From: a virus
Taxonomy: Duplodnaviria > Caudoviricetes
Reading direction: 5' to 3' (one strand)
DNA length: 24,015 nucleotides
Virus record (IMG/VR): IMGVR_UViG_3300025759_000679
Location: 1-24,015 of that record
A program made the translations under genes and the position numbers. Every line of letters starts with the position of its first letter. Positions within the stretch are counted from its first letter, which is position 1. The notes beneath the pieces were generated by a model. The model searched no databases and had not been told where the DNA came from. It was given only the letters and a program-made list of their open reading frames with translations. Shown here one piece after another: positions 6,868-16,328 of the stretch.

Positions 6868-9119
6868 TGTCGAGAATAGTTCAGTATCAATCGTCATTCA
6901 CTATGGGTGAGTTTGACCCTCTCGTAAAAGGTAGGGTGGACATTCAGCAATATCAGAATGCTTTAGAGAAAGCGACTAACATTGTTTGTATTCCGCAAGG
7001 AGCTATAGAACGTAGACCTGGCACTCAGTTTCTACTCGACATCACTAGTCATTTAGGATCTGGTATTACAGCTCAACAAGGCATACGACTTATTCCATTT
7101 GAATTTTCTACTACCGATTCGTTTATGTTAGTCTTCGTTAAAATCTCTACTGCATCATCTAACAATACGAGGATGTTTGTTTTTAATAGTGGCTCACTTG
7201 TAACTAATATTAATGGGTCTGGTAATAATTATTTAACACTTACCTTTGGTAATATATCTTTCGACAAGGTGTCGTTTACGCAATCAGCCGACACACTCAT
7301 AATTGTTAATGAGGATTTAGCTCCTTTGAAAATAGAGAGAGGTGCAACTAATACTGCGTGGACCGCTACTACCATTACTCTTACTTCACCAAAGTTTGCT
7401 TTTAATTTAAATACCACCACACCTTCTGGAACAATTACACCAAGCTCGATTGATGGCACATCCGATATAACAGCTTCTACACACGTTTTTCATGATGGTG
7501 CAAGCGATACTGCTCAAGCAGGTGGCACTAATACAATTACGTTACACAGTGGAGCTTCGAGTAATAATGATATTTATAATGGCTCAACAATAAAAATTAC
7601 AGGAGGTACAGGCTCTGGACAAACTAGAATTATATCGGATTATGTACATTCAAGCAAAGTAGCCACTGTTTCAGAGAATTGGACTACACAACCAGACAAC
7701 ACGTCTACATTTACAATTACAAGTATGGTCGGACAGTATGTTCAAGTAATTAACGGATTCGGTCGAGCAAAGATTGTTGAGATTACTTCTAGTACAAAAG
7801 TTAAAACCAATGTAGAAGTTCCGTTCTATAATACGTCAGCTCAAAGTGATTATGAGTTAGAGTTTGGGTATGAGGATGTATTTAGCACTGATCGAGGCTT
7901 TCCTAGAAGTGCAGTATTTCATGAGGGTCGTTTATACTTTGGCGGTACTAAATCTTTACCTTCCGCATTGATTGGTAGTAAGATATCCGACTTCTTTAAT
8001 TTCTTAGAATCAGAAGGGCTTGATGACGATTCCATATTTGCTTTATTATCATCGGATACTGTTAACGCAATTACAGGTTTGCGTAGTGGACGTGATTTAC
8101 AAATATTTACGACAGGCAATGAGTGGTACGTTCAGCAGGCTGAGTCCGAACCGATTACTCCGCAAAACCTCACATTAAAAGCAGCCACTAAATCTGGATC
8201 AAAAGAAAACATTATGCCTGTAGCTGCGGAGGGTGGTACTATATTCTTACAGCGATCTGGAAAAGCCTTACGAGAATTTTTATTTAGTGACGTAGAGTTA
8301 TCCTATCAATCTAATAACATATCCTTACTATCTAGCCACCTTCTTAAAAGTCCTGTTAAGATTACGTTCAGACGAGCCACCTCTACTGACGATGGTGATT
8401 TATTAATTATTGTGAATGGAACCGATGGCACTATGGCAGCATACTCTATACATAGAACACAAAAGGTTGTAGCTCCTTCAGAGTTTATTACGGACGGAAC
8501 TTTTGAAGATTGTAGTGTGGATATTAACGATATATATGTTATTGTAAAAAGAACAATTAATTCATCAACAAAATATTATGTGGAGTTATTAGATGATGAC
8601 AGAACTACTGATGCTAGCTTCCAGCTTTTTGATGGGAGTAATGATGGGTCTAAGCCTACCTCAACAACAGTATCCGGTCTTACACACCTGGAAGGAGAAA
8701 CTGTGGAAGTTATTAGGGATGATATATTCTTGGGTACGAAAACTGTTTCGTCTGGGCAAATAACGATAGATCAAGTCCCTACGACTTATGTCGAGGTGGG
8801 TTTACATTACGATGTCCTAGCTAAAACATTACCTGCCGAACCAAGACTTTCTTCTGGCACTATGGTAGGACGTAAGAAAAGAATTGTAGATGCTAGTCCT
8901 ATTTTATTTCAGACACAAAACATTGCGATCAATGGTAAAGAAGTTCCGTTAAAACAATTTCCCTACACTTTAGATTCTTCTGAGACTGTATTTTCTGGAC
9001 GTAAAAGAGTGACTCCGATACTTGGATTTAGTACGGAAGCTCAGATAGAGATAACCCAAACTAAGCCCTTGTTTTTTACGTTACTTGGTTTAGAATACAA
9101 TGTGAGTGGTAGTCAATGA
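6867..9119 (+). CDS. Tail tubular protein B / nozzle (T7 gp12-like)
   Basis: Q.SFT.GE.DP...GR.D, PQG...RRPGT, RLIPFEFS, QSAD.L, GFP....FHEGRL.FGG and GL.HLEG.TV motifs. 750 aa. Confidence 0.92.
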   Translation: MSRIVQYQSSFTMGEFDPLVKGRVDIQQYQNALEKATNIVCIPQGAIERRPGTQFLLDITSHLGSGITAQQGIRLIPFEFSTTDSFMLVFVKISTASSNNTRMFVFNSGSLVTNINGSGNNYLTLTFGNISFDKVSFTQSADTLIIVNEDLAPLKIERGATNTAWTATTITLTSPKFAFNLNTTTPSGTITPSSIDGTSDITASTHVFHDGASDTAQAGGTNTITLHSGASSNNDIYNGSTIKITGGTGSGQTRIISDYVHSSKVATVSENWTTQPDNTSTFTITSMVGQYVQVINGFGRAKIVEITSSTKVKTNVEVPFYNTSAQSDYELEFGYEDVFSTDRGFPRSAVFHEGRLYFGGTKSLPSALIGSKISDFFNFLESEGLDDDSIFALLSSDTVNAITGLRSGRDLQIFTTGNEWYVQQAESEPITPQNLTLKAATKSGSKENIMPVAAEGGTIFLQRSGKALREFLFSDVELSYQSNNISLLSSHLLKSPVKITFRRATSTDDGDLLIIVNGTDGTMAAYSIHRTQKVVAPSEFITDGTFEDCSVDINDIYVIVKRTINSSTKYYVELLDDDRTTDASFQLFDGSNDGSKPTSTTVSGLTHLEGETVEVIRDDIFLGTKTVSSGQITIDQVPTTYVEVGLHYDVLAKTLPAEPRLSSGTMVGRKKRIVDASPILFQTQNIAINGKEVPLKQFPYTLDSSETVFSGRKRVTPILGFSTEAQIEITQTKPLFFTLLGLEYNVSGSQ

Positions 9120-9697
9120 GTGCGTCAGCGGTATTTGGTGGAATTGGTTTAGTAATGTCTGCATTGCAGTACAGGAGTACTGTAGCCGCAGGAAAATCCG
9201 AACAAGAGTTTTATAATGCTCAAGCTCGTAACAGAAGATTACAGGGCAGAGTAGAAGCAGTAGAAGCTAAAGAAAAAGGCAATGAGATACTGAGACGAGC
9301 TAAAGTGGCTCTAGCCTCAAACCTTGCAGGAGGATATGCAAGTGCAGTTATTCCTACAGTGGGATCAGTTCAGACAGTAAGCAGGCAACAAGTATTACGA
9401 CCTGCCTCACTAGACTTTGGTATAACTGAGATGGATGCATTGTTAGCGGTAGAACAAGCGAACAGAGAAGCAGGATACTTAGAGTACAGAGGTCAGATGG
9501 CTGCCTCTCAAGCTCGAACTAAAGCTCTCGGTAACTTAGCAATGGCAGGCTTTCAAGCAGGACTATCTGGTGCATTCGAAGGACTAAGCCTAGGTGGTGG
9601 CTCTGGATATTCAGCTAGTGCTTTTCAAGGAGTAGGTGCCGCAGGAACAAGAAATGTATCTATGGCAAGTAGAGTAGGACCAGCATTCGGAGGATAG
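9116..9697 (+). CDS. Internal virion (ejection) protein, gp14-like
   Basis: 193 aa, Ala/Gly-rich with a hydrophobic N-terminus and helical middle. Directly follows the nozzle. Confidence 0.7.
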   Translation: MSASAVFGGIGLVMSALQYRSTVAAGKSEQEFYNAQARNRRLQGRVEAVEAKEKGNEILRRAKVALASNLAGGYASAVIPTVGSVQTVSRQQVLRPASLDFGITEMDALLAVEQANREAGYLEYRGQMAASQARTKALGNLAMAGFQAGLSGAFEGLSLGGGSGYSASAFQGVGAAGTRNVSMASRVGPAFGG

Positions 9698-11446
9698 ATG
9701 GCAACAAGAAGAACATTACAAAGACAATTTTTTAGTCCAAGCTATGACCCAAGTGCTTCCGCTGAAGCAGGAATGTTTGAACAGCAGGCAAGTGGCATGA
9801 GTCAGCTTGCTAGTAGTCTTAATCAAATGTCAAACTTTTTCTATAAGGAGATGGAGACAAGAGCAGTAGAGGAAGGCGAAATGTATGGAGCTGCTAATCC
9901 AATCACCCTTGAACAATTAGCTAATGCCAGGAAAACAGGAGAAGATGTTTTAAAGAATTATGGATACGGAGCAAAAGGTAGAGCAGCTAGAAGTGCTGCA
10001 TTAGAAGGTCTGATCTTAGATGTTGAGACCACTGCCTTGCAACAATTTACTGATATAGATGTAAAATCAAAACAAGATAAAGTATCTATTGAGGAATATG
10101 CAGATAGGCTTGACTCGGCTGTCAATGGTTATACTGACATGATAAAAAAGTTTCCAGAAGTTCAGACAAAGGTAAAGGCTAGTCTAAGTGTTACTGCTAA
10201 TGGATATTTAAAAAATTACGCAACAGATGTAGCAAAGATACAAGAGCAAAATGATAAACGATTGTATACAGAGGCTGTGTTTACTAGGTATGAAAAATTA
10301 GGAGCTGATATATCTGCTGTACTTGATTCTGGTGGTAGCCTAGCTGATTTATATAATAAAACAAGACGAGATATATCTGATGCAGCTTACGTCACTAATA
10401 TATCACCTTCTGTATTTAAAAAAGATTTAGATACTAGTAGAGAAAAATTTACTGATTATTTATTTAAAGCAGGATTTGATGAGGCATTTAGAAACGATAA
10501 AGCAAGTGACGATGCCCTAGCCTTACTTAGTAATAATAAAACTGACAATGAAAGAATAAATAAGATATACAATTTTTTACAGGCAGACGAGAAAGAACAA
10601 TTTATAAAACATTTAATAGATCAAGAAGAACTAAATATAAAAGCCCAAGATGATGAGATTAAATTATATAATAAACAAAATGATCGAATAGAAAAAGATT
10701 TTAATACTGCAATAATACAAGAAAATTACGATGTTGCAGAACAACTACTATCTCAATTACCTATAGATAAACAAAACACCTTGCAAACAATCTTAGCAAA
10801 ACGAGGTCCAGATATACATCCACTTATTTTAAATGAAGAACAAAGAGTAAAGTCTGACGACTTATTTTTAAAAGCTACACGAGGATCACTGACATCAAAA
10901 GAACTTCTAGATAATAGAGAAAACATTCTTTACGCAGACTACCAAACCCTAGCAAAAGAAATTGCTAGAAACGAAGACACTGAATTTAAGAACAAAACAA
11001 AATATTTTGAACAATCTTATAAAATTAATTTAGATACAAGAGGACTCACAGAGATAGAAAAAAATGACAGAGAGTTAGCCAATGAATTGTTAAGAGGTTT
11101 GTATGATGATTATCTCAAAGCCAAAGGTCGAGGTGAAGACTTTGATATAAGTGCTGAGATAAGAAAAAGAGAAAAGTTACAAATTATTGAGTTTAGAGAT
11201 AAAGCAAACCAAAACTTATTAGGACAAAAAGATAGGTATCTTAAAGAAATATCTTTCATGAAATATGGTGGAGAGAGGGAAAATCCAAAAAAAATGTTGT
11301 CATTACAGGATGCTTTACAATATATTGAATTCATTACTCAACAAGGGTTGTCAACAGCAGCAGAAAGGAATAAAAACATTGTACCTGATACTGTTACTAA
11401 TATAGAAAAAAAATTAAAAAAAATACAAGAAATAGAGAATAAATAA
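9698..11446 (+). CDS. Internal virion (ejection) protein, gp15-like
   Basis: 582 aa, predicted helical and charged. Second gene of the ejection cluster; call rests mainly on synteny. Confidence 0.62.
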   Translation: MATRRTLQRQFFSPSYDPSASAEAGMFEQQASGMSQLASSLNQMSNFFYKEMETRAVEEGEMYGAANPITLEQLANARKTGEDVLKNYGYGAKGRAARSAALEGLILDVETTALQQFTDIDVKSKQDKVSIEEYADRLDSAVNGYTDMIKKFPEVQTKVKASLSVTANGYLKNYATDVAKIQEQNDKRLYTEAVFTRYEKLGADISAVLDSGGSLADLYNKTRRDISDAAYVTNISPSVFKKDLDTSREKFTDYLFKAGFDEAFRNDKASDDALALLSNNKTDNERINKIYNFLQADEKEQFIKHLIDQEELNIKAQDDEIKLYNKQNDRIEKDFNTAIIQENYDVAEQLLSQLPIDKQNTLQTILAKRGPDIHPLILNEEQRVKSDDLFLKATRGSLTSKELLDNRENILYADYQTLAKEIARNEDTEFKNKTKYFEQSYKINLDTRGLTEIEKNDRELANELLRGLYDDYLKAKGRGEDFDISAEIRKREKLQIIEFRDKANQNLLGQKDRYLKEISFMKYGGERENPKKMLSLQDALQYIEFITQQGLSTAAERNKNIVPDTVTNIEKKLKKIQEIENK

Positions 11447-11448
11447 TT

Positions 11449-13311
11449 ATGGATGTGTTTGAAGAAATATTTAAAAGACAAGAGTTTGAAAACAATGGTA
11501 TAGAGTATGACCTTGAATTAAAGGATGGTGTATTCCAGGCTATTGTAAAAGACCCAGACCCCTCGTTTCTTGAAAGCATAGGAGAAGGTCTAGAAAGAGT
11601 AGCAGGTACTACTGCAAGTATCGGAGCAGGAGCTGTAGGTGCTACGTTAGGTTTCCCTACTGATCTAGCTAGTTTATTTGCAAGTATAGGCAAGTCTGTC
11701 GGTGCAGAAGATGGTAAGAAACTAGAAACATTTGCGAATACATTTGAGACATTATCTAGAGAAAATTATGGATCACAGTTTTATAAAGGAATGTTTGATA
11801 GTTTTGTTGATGATCTAAGTGTATCAGATCAAAAGAAAGAAGATTTTAAATCTGGCTTTGTAGCAGGGGAGTTTTTAGGTGTAGGTAATGTAGGCAAAGA
11901 AGCTGCCAAGCAAGCTCCTACAGTTGCCAAAAGTATTAAAGAAACATCAGAACAAGTGGGAGAAGCGGCACAAAAAAGAGTAGATGAGAATCAAGGTTCG
12001 ATGACTATGTCTAGTATGGGTGTAGGTGAAATGGGTAAGATGGTTGATAAAGGGTTGTCCAAACTAGCTCCTACAGATTTAAGAATTTCTGGAAGATTTC
12101 CTACAGCAGTAAAACCAGAAGCTGACCCTATAGAAAACAAACTTGATATTGGTCTAAATGAAGTAAAATCAAATAAAAAAATATTTGAGAATAATATAAA
12201 TCTCATCAAAGATTACCCAAATTTAAAAAAAGATGAAATACAAAAGTCTGCTGATGAAGTTTCAGAAACTTACATTAATCACCTTAAAGATAACTTACTT
12301 TGGCTTTATGATAAAGTTCCAGAGCAAACAAGACAAAGATCGAAATTATGGTATGACGGAGCAAACAAAGTTACAAAAAATTGGGCAAAAGAATTTGATA
12401 CGAATGAACAATCAGTTGCAGCTGTTATTGCAGCTTTATCGCCTCAAAAGGATTGGTATATGAATGCTAGTCTGGCATATAGAGTATTAGATATAATGAA
12501 AAATAAGAAAGATATTATGTTTGACAATACTATGAAGGCGAAAGCAAAAACCATAATACCACAGAGATATAGTAAACAATTAACAAATATACTAAATAAA
12601 AAATTATCAGACCTAGACTCTACATTAGAAAAATCTATTTGGTTAAGAATTTATGATGAAACATACAATGATAGATCGTTTAAAACATTAACTCCAGAAG
12701 GAGACTTCGCTGATTTTGTAAAAACTGATAAAGGTGAAAATGCTAAAACAGCATGGAATAGTTTAAACATGATTTCAAAAGCTATTGATGCATATGAAAG
12801 CGGTGGAGATGTTAAGGTTATATCTAAATTAATGGGCAATAAACACAAGGTTAGAAATTTCTATAATAATATAATCGATCCTAACTCTTCCGCAGGTGAT
12901 GTTACTATTGACACTCATGCAGTTGCTGCTGCTACATTAAGACCATTATCTGGAAATAGTACACCTGTACACCACAATTTTGGAACATCACCAGAAATAA
13001 AGAAGAAGCCTAAAGATTTTACAGGAGCTATGAAAAATTCTGCAATCACAGGAGTACAAGGAAGTTATGGTATTTATGTTGATGCATATAGAAAAGCTGC
13101 AAAAGAAAGAGGAGTTTTACCACGAGAAATGCAATCAATTACATGGGAGGCTGTAAGAGGATTGTTTCCATCTACATATAAGCAAAAGCAAAACATTGAG
13201 GATATAGACAATTTGTGGTATCAATATAGAAATAACAAACTTAACTTAGATGAGGTGAGAAATGAGATTGAGCGAAAAGCAGGAGGAATCAATCCCCCAG
13301 AATGGGAATGA
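11449..13311 (+). CDS. Internal-virion-type protein with C-terminal HhH-GPD/EndoIII-like DNA glycosylase-like domain
   Basis: N-terminal ~200 aa has a Gly/Ala hydrophobic segment (GTTASIGAGAVGATLGFP). C-terminal part has LWYD.A, AAVIAALSPQKDW, GNKHKVRNFY, VTIDTHA and YR.AA...G..P.EMQSITW. Confidence 0.6.
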   Translation: MDVFEEIFKRQEFENNGIEYDLELKDGVFQAIVKDPDPSFLESIGEGLERVAGTTASIGAGAVGATLGFPTDLASLFASIGKSVGAEDGKKLETFANTFETLSRENYGSQFYKGMFDSFVDDLSVSDQKKEDFKSGFVAGEFLGVGNVGKEAAKQAPTVAKSIKETSEQVGEAAQKRVDENQGSMTMSSMGVGEMGKMVDKGLSKLAPTDLRISGRFPTAVKPEADPIENKLDIGLNEVKSNKKIFENNINLIKDYPNLKKDEIQKSADEVSETYINHLKDNLLWLYDKVPEQTRQRSKLWYDGANKVTKNWAKEFDTNEQSVAAVIAALSPQKDWYMNASLAYRVLDIMKNKKDIMFDNTMKAKAKTIIPQRYSKQLTNILNKKLSDLDSTLEKSIWLRIYDETYNDRSFKTLTPEGDFADFVKTDKGENAKTAWNSLNMISKAIDAYESGGDVKVISKLMGNKHKVRNFYNNIIDPNSSAGDVTIDTHAVAAATLRPLSGNSTPVHHNFGTSPEIKKKPKDFTGAMKNSAITGVQGSYGIYVDAYRKAAKERGVLPREMQSITWEAVRGLFPSTYKQKQNIEDIDNLWYQYRNNKLNLDEVRNEIERKAGGINPPEWE

Positions 13312-13456
13312 TAATGATGCAAAAAAACTTATGAAAAAGTTAAATTTAGCTTATACAAGAGAAAATTATTTAGACCTAATGTATCTAGGAGATGTGCCAG
13401 AAAAATTATCAGCAGAAGAAGAGTTAGAATTGCCATTAGAATTTCAAAAAAAATAG
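13262..13456 (+). CDS. Small protein with acidic C-terminus, candidate immunity/inhibitor of the upstream domain
   Basis: Overlaps the upstream gene end by 50 nt. GAGGTG at 13252-13257 before ATG 13262 (alternative start 13331). Core is LMKKLNLAYTRENYLDLMYLGDVPEKLSAEEELELP. Confidence 0.6.
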   Translation: MRLSEKQEESIPQNGNDNDAKKLMKKLNLAYTRENYLDLMYLGDVPEKLSAEEELELPLEFQKK

Positions 13457-13463
13457 GTAAGTA

Positions 13464-16304
13464 ATGTTTAAAAAATTTATAAAATTTACTGAAGAGGCTG
13501 AGAAAAAAGTATATGGAAAAGATATTCCAGATGATAAAGATATTGTTCAGCAAGAAGGTAAAATAATAATTAAAAGAACTTCTGAAGCAGAAGCTGCCGA
13601 AATGTCAGAGGCATTTAACAAAGTATTTAAAAATTCTACTACTATTGATGGAAGAGAAGTATTAGAAAATCTTGACGCAATGGAAATACCAACCACTTTT
13701 ACAGGTGATTATTTAAATATAATAAAACAAAAAAATAAAAAACTATTTGATTATTTAAAAAGAGGTAAGGTTACTACAGCAGACATGATTCGGTATGCTG
13801 AGCAATTAGGAGAAAGACAAATTATTAGAAAGCTCATTAAACTTGAGCCAGGAGAATTAGTAAAAGCAGATGATATTTTTGCAGGTATGTTAGTGGTGCA
13901 TAAGAATCTAAGAAAAATTGAAAAGAATTACAAAAAAATAGATAGTCTTAGTGACACAGATGTAGAAGTAAAAAAATTAAATGAAGAGATTGGTTTCCTA
14001 TCATCTATAAACAAAAACATAGGACTAAATATTAAAGCTGTTAGATCAGAATTTGGTCGAGGCTTGAGAGACCCTTTAGGTGGTAATGTAATAGAACGTG
14101 TTGTATTTCAAGAGACTCCGTCTAAAGGTGCAAGTATTCCTGTAATAAAAAGAGCGGCTAAATCATACCTTGCGTTACCTGCAAATAATAGAAGTAACTT
14201 TTTAGCAAAAGATGGATGGCTTGCAAAAACAAATAGAGTTGTACAAGAGATATATATAAATGCTCTTCTATCATCTCCTGTTACACACATGGTAAATATA
14301 GCAGGTAATGCTGCGTTTCAATTCAAATCTCTTTTTGATACAGGAATAGCAGGAACAGTAGGTTCTATTCGAGTTGGAGCTAAAAAATTATTAGGTCAAG
14401 AATTTGATGAATATGATCGAGTTATGGTAGGAGAAGCTGCTGCCGAATTATTTGGTGGTCTGATGTCACAAGGAAATGCTCTAGCTTTGATGAGTAAAAC
14501 TTTTATTAAAGGAGAAGCCCCAGACTTGTTAACAAAAACAGAATTAGAAGAAATGAGAGCAATAGGTAAAGAAAGAAGTGTTGGAGGTATAATTAAACAA
14601 TTTAAAGAGGGAGATCATGTAGGCTCTTTCTTGAGTGCTATTGGTTCTGCTAACAGTATACCTGGGCGATTACTAGCGACAGGCGATGAATATTTTAAAG
14701 TAACTTCTAGAGGAAGGTACATATACAAAGAGGCTTATAAAGAAGCTATGACCAACTATCAAATTACAAGAAATGCTGACAATGGATCAGCAGAAGAAGC
14801 TATGAAATCTTTTAAAGAAACGTTAATTGATAGAATAGAAAATCCAACTGAAGCCACAATAGAAGGCTCAAAACAATTTGCAAAAAAAATGACTTTTCAA
14901 CAAGAGTTAGGAAATAGTTTGCCAGAGAAAGGTGTAAAGGCTTTGATGGAAATTAGTCCTTTAATGAGGTATCTAATACCATTTGTTAGAACACCTACCA
15001 ACATAATTAAAGAGGCACTAGGCTCAACCTTAAATGCAGTAAACCCAAAATTTTATCAACAACTCAGAAATGCTTCTGGCAGAGAGTTCGATCAGTTAGT
15101 AGGTAAACTTGTGGTCGGTAATGGTATAGCTGCTACTATGGTTGGTTATTCATTAGGATTAATGGGAGATGACATCAAAATTACAGGAGCAGGACCTTCA
15201 GCTAAAGGAGCAAAAAAATATTGGGATGCAGCTGGTATACCTCAGTATAGTATTGGTATAAAACAAGAAGATGGAACGTATGAGTGGACAAGCTATTCTC
15301 GTTTTGATCCTATATCTGGTATTCTAGCTATGTCTGCTGATACTGCGTACTACATACAAAACGAAGATAATCCAGATGCAATACAAGGAATCATGAATGC
15401 ACTTACTGTAAGTATCACTAACTACGCAGGTCAACTTCCTTTTTTACAAGGAGTTTCTGATTTAACAAGAATGTTTGGTGACATACAATCCGACCCTATG
15501 AGAAGTAAAGATGCGTTACTAAAATTTTTAGGTCAAAAAACAGGTAATGTTGTAACTTCGCTTGGTAGGGTGGCAGGACCTGCGTCTGGTGTATTCCAAG
15601 ATTATCTTGCAGAATATTCTGGTTTACCAATTCCTCCGAGTAGTTCTTCATATACAGCTACACTTGAGAGAGTTCAAGACCCTACATTAAATGAAGTTTA
15701 TAAATTAGAAGACTTAGAAGTACAAAGACAATTACCTTCTTTTATGCGAGGGTTTTATATTGCATTGCAACAAGCTAAGTCTCGTAACCCAAGATTTAGT
15801 AAAGACCTATTACCTAAACTTAATTTTTGGGGAGAAGAACTTAAACAAACAGAAGGCAGATGGGATGAATATTTTAATCCATTTAAAAGAACAACGAGTA
15901 GAGGTGAAAGTCCGTTAGAAAAAGAGCTTATTAATTTAGCTAATAAAACAGGTAATGCTTTTGCAAATCATCCAAGAGCTTTTCTTGCAGGAAAACAACG
16001 AGTAGAACTATCAGCTCCGCTATACAATACCTATGTTAAAAATATAAATACTATTGATGATAGAGGTAGATTGCCAGATGATCCTGGATATAACTTTGAG
16101 TCTTCGTTAGTAAGAAAGTTGGAAAGTATTGTAAGAGGTGATGGAAGAATAGGACGAACATACCAAGAAACAAGAGACCCAGGAGATAGATATAGTATTC
16201 TCAATGCTGTTCTGACAAGTAAAAGAAAACAGGCAAGAGATAAATTGTACGAAGGCACAGACCTTGAGACACAAAAATTGAACTTTTATTTAGGCAGAGA
16301 ATAG
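13464..16304 (+). CDS. Large internal virion (ejection) protein, gp16-like
   Basis: 946 aa with INALLSSP.TH.VN..GN, RLL..GDEYFK, TFQ.EL, PFVRTPTNI and SYSRFDP motifs, recalled from large ejection proteins of marine podoviruses. Precedes the tail fibre. Confidence 0.8.
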   Translation: MFKKFIKFTEEAEKKVYGKDIPDDKDIVQQEGKIIIKRTSEAEAAEMSEAFNKVFKNSTTIDGREVLENLDAMEIPTTFTGDYLNIIKQKNKKLFDYLKRGKVTTADMIRYAEQLGERQIIRKLIKLEPGELVKADDIFAGMLVVHKNLRKIEKNYKKIDSLSDTDVEVKKLNEEIGFLSSINKNIGLNIKAVRSEFGRGLRDPLGGNVIERVVFQETPSKGASIPVIKRAAKSYLALPANNRSNFLAKDGWLAKTNRVVQEIYINALLSSPVTHMVNIAGNAAFQFKSLFDTGIAGTVGSIRVGAKKLLGQEFDEYDRVMVGEAAAELFGGLMSQGNALALMSKTFIKGEAPDLLTKTELEEMRAIGKERSVGGIIKQFKEGDHVGSFLSAIGSANSIPGRLLATGDEYFKVTSRGRYIYKEAYKEAMTNYQITRNADNGSAEEAMKSFKETLIDRIENPTEATIEGSKQFAKKMTFQQELGNSLPEKGVKALMEISPLMRYLIPFVRTPTNIIKEALGSTLNAVNPKFYQQLRNASGREFDQLVGKLVVGNGIAATMVGYSLGLMGDDIKITGAGPSAKGAKKYWDAAGIPQYSIGIKQEDGTYEWTSYSRFDPISGILAMSADTAYYIQNEDNPDAIQGIMNALTVSITNYAGQLPFLQGVSDLTRMFGDIQSDPMRSKDALLKFLGQKTGNVVTSLGRVAGPASGVFQDYLAEYSGLPIPPSSSSYTATLERVQDPTLNEVYKLEDLEVQRQLPSFMRGFYIALQQAKSRNPRFSKDLLPKLNFWGEELKQTEGRWDEYFNPFKRTTSRGESPLEKELINLANKTGNAFANHPRAFLAGKQRVELSAPLYNTYVKNINTIDDRGRLPDDPGYNFESSLVRKLESIVRGDGRIGRTYQETRDPGDRYSILNAVLTSKRKQARDKLYEGTDLETQKLNFYLGRE

Positions 16305-16328
16305 TGTATAAATTATATAGGAGTTTTT

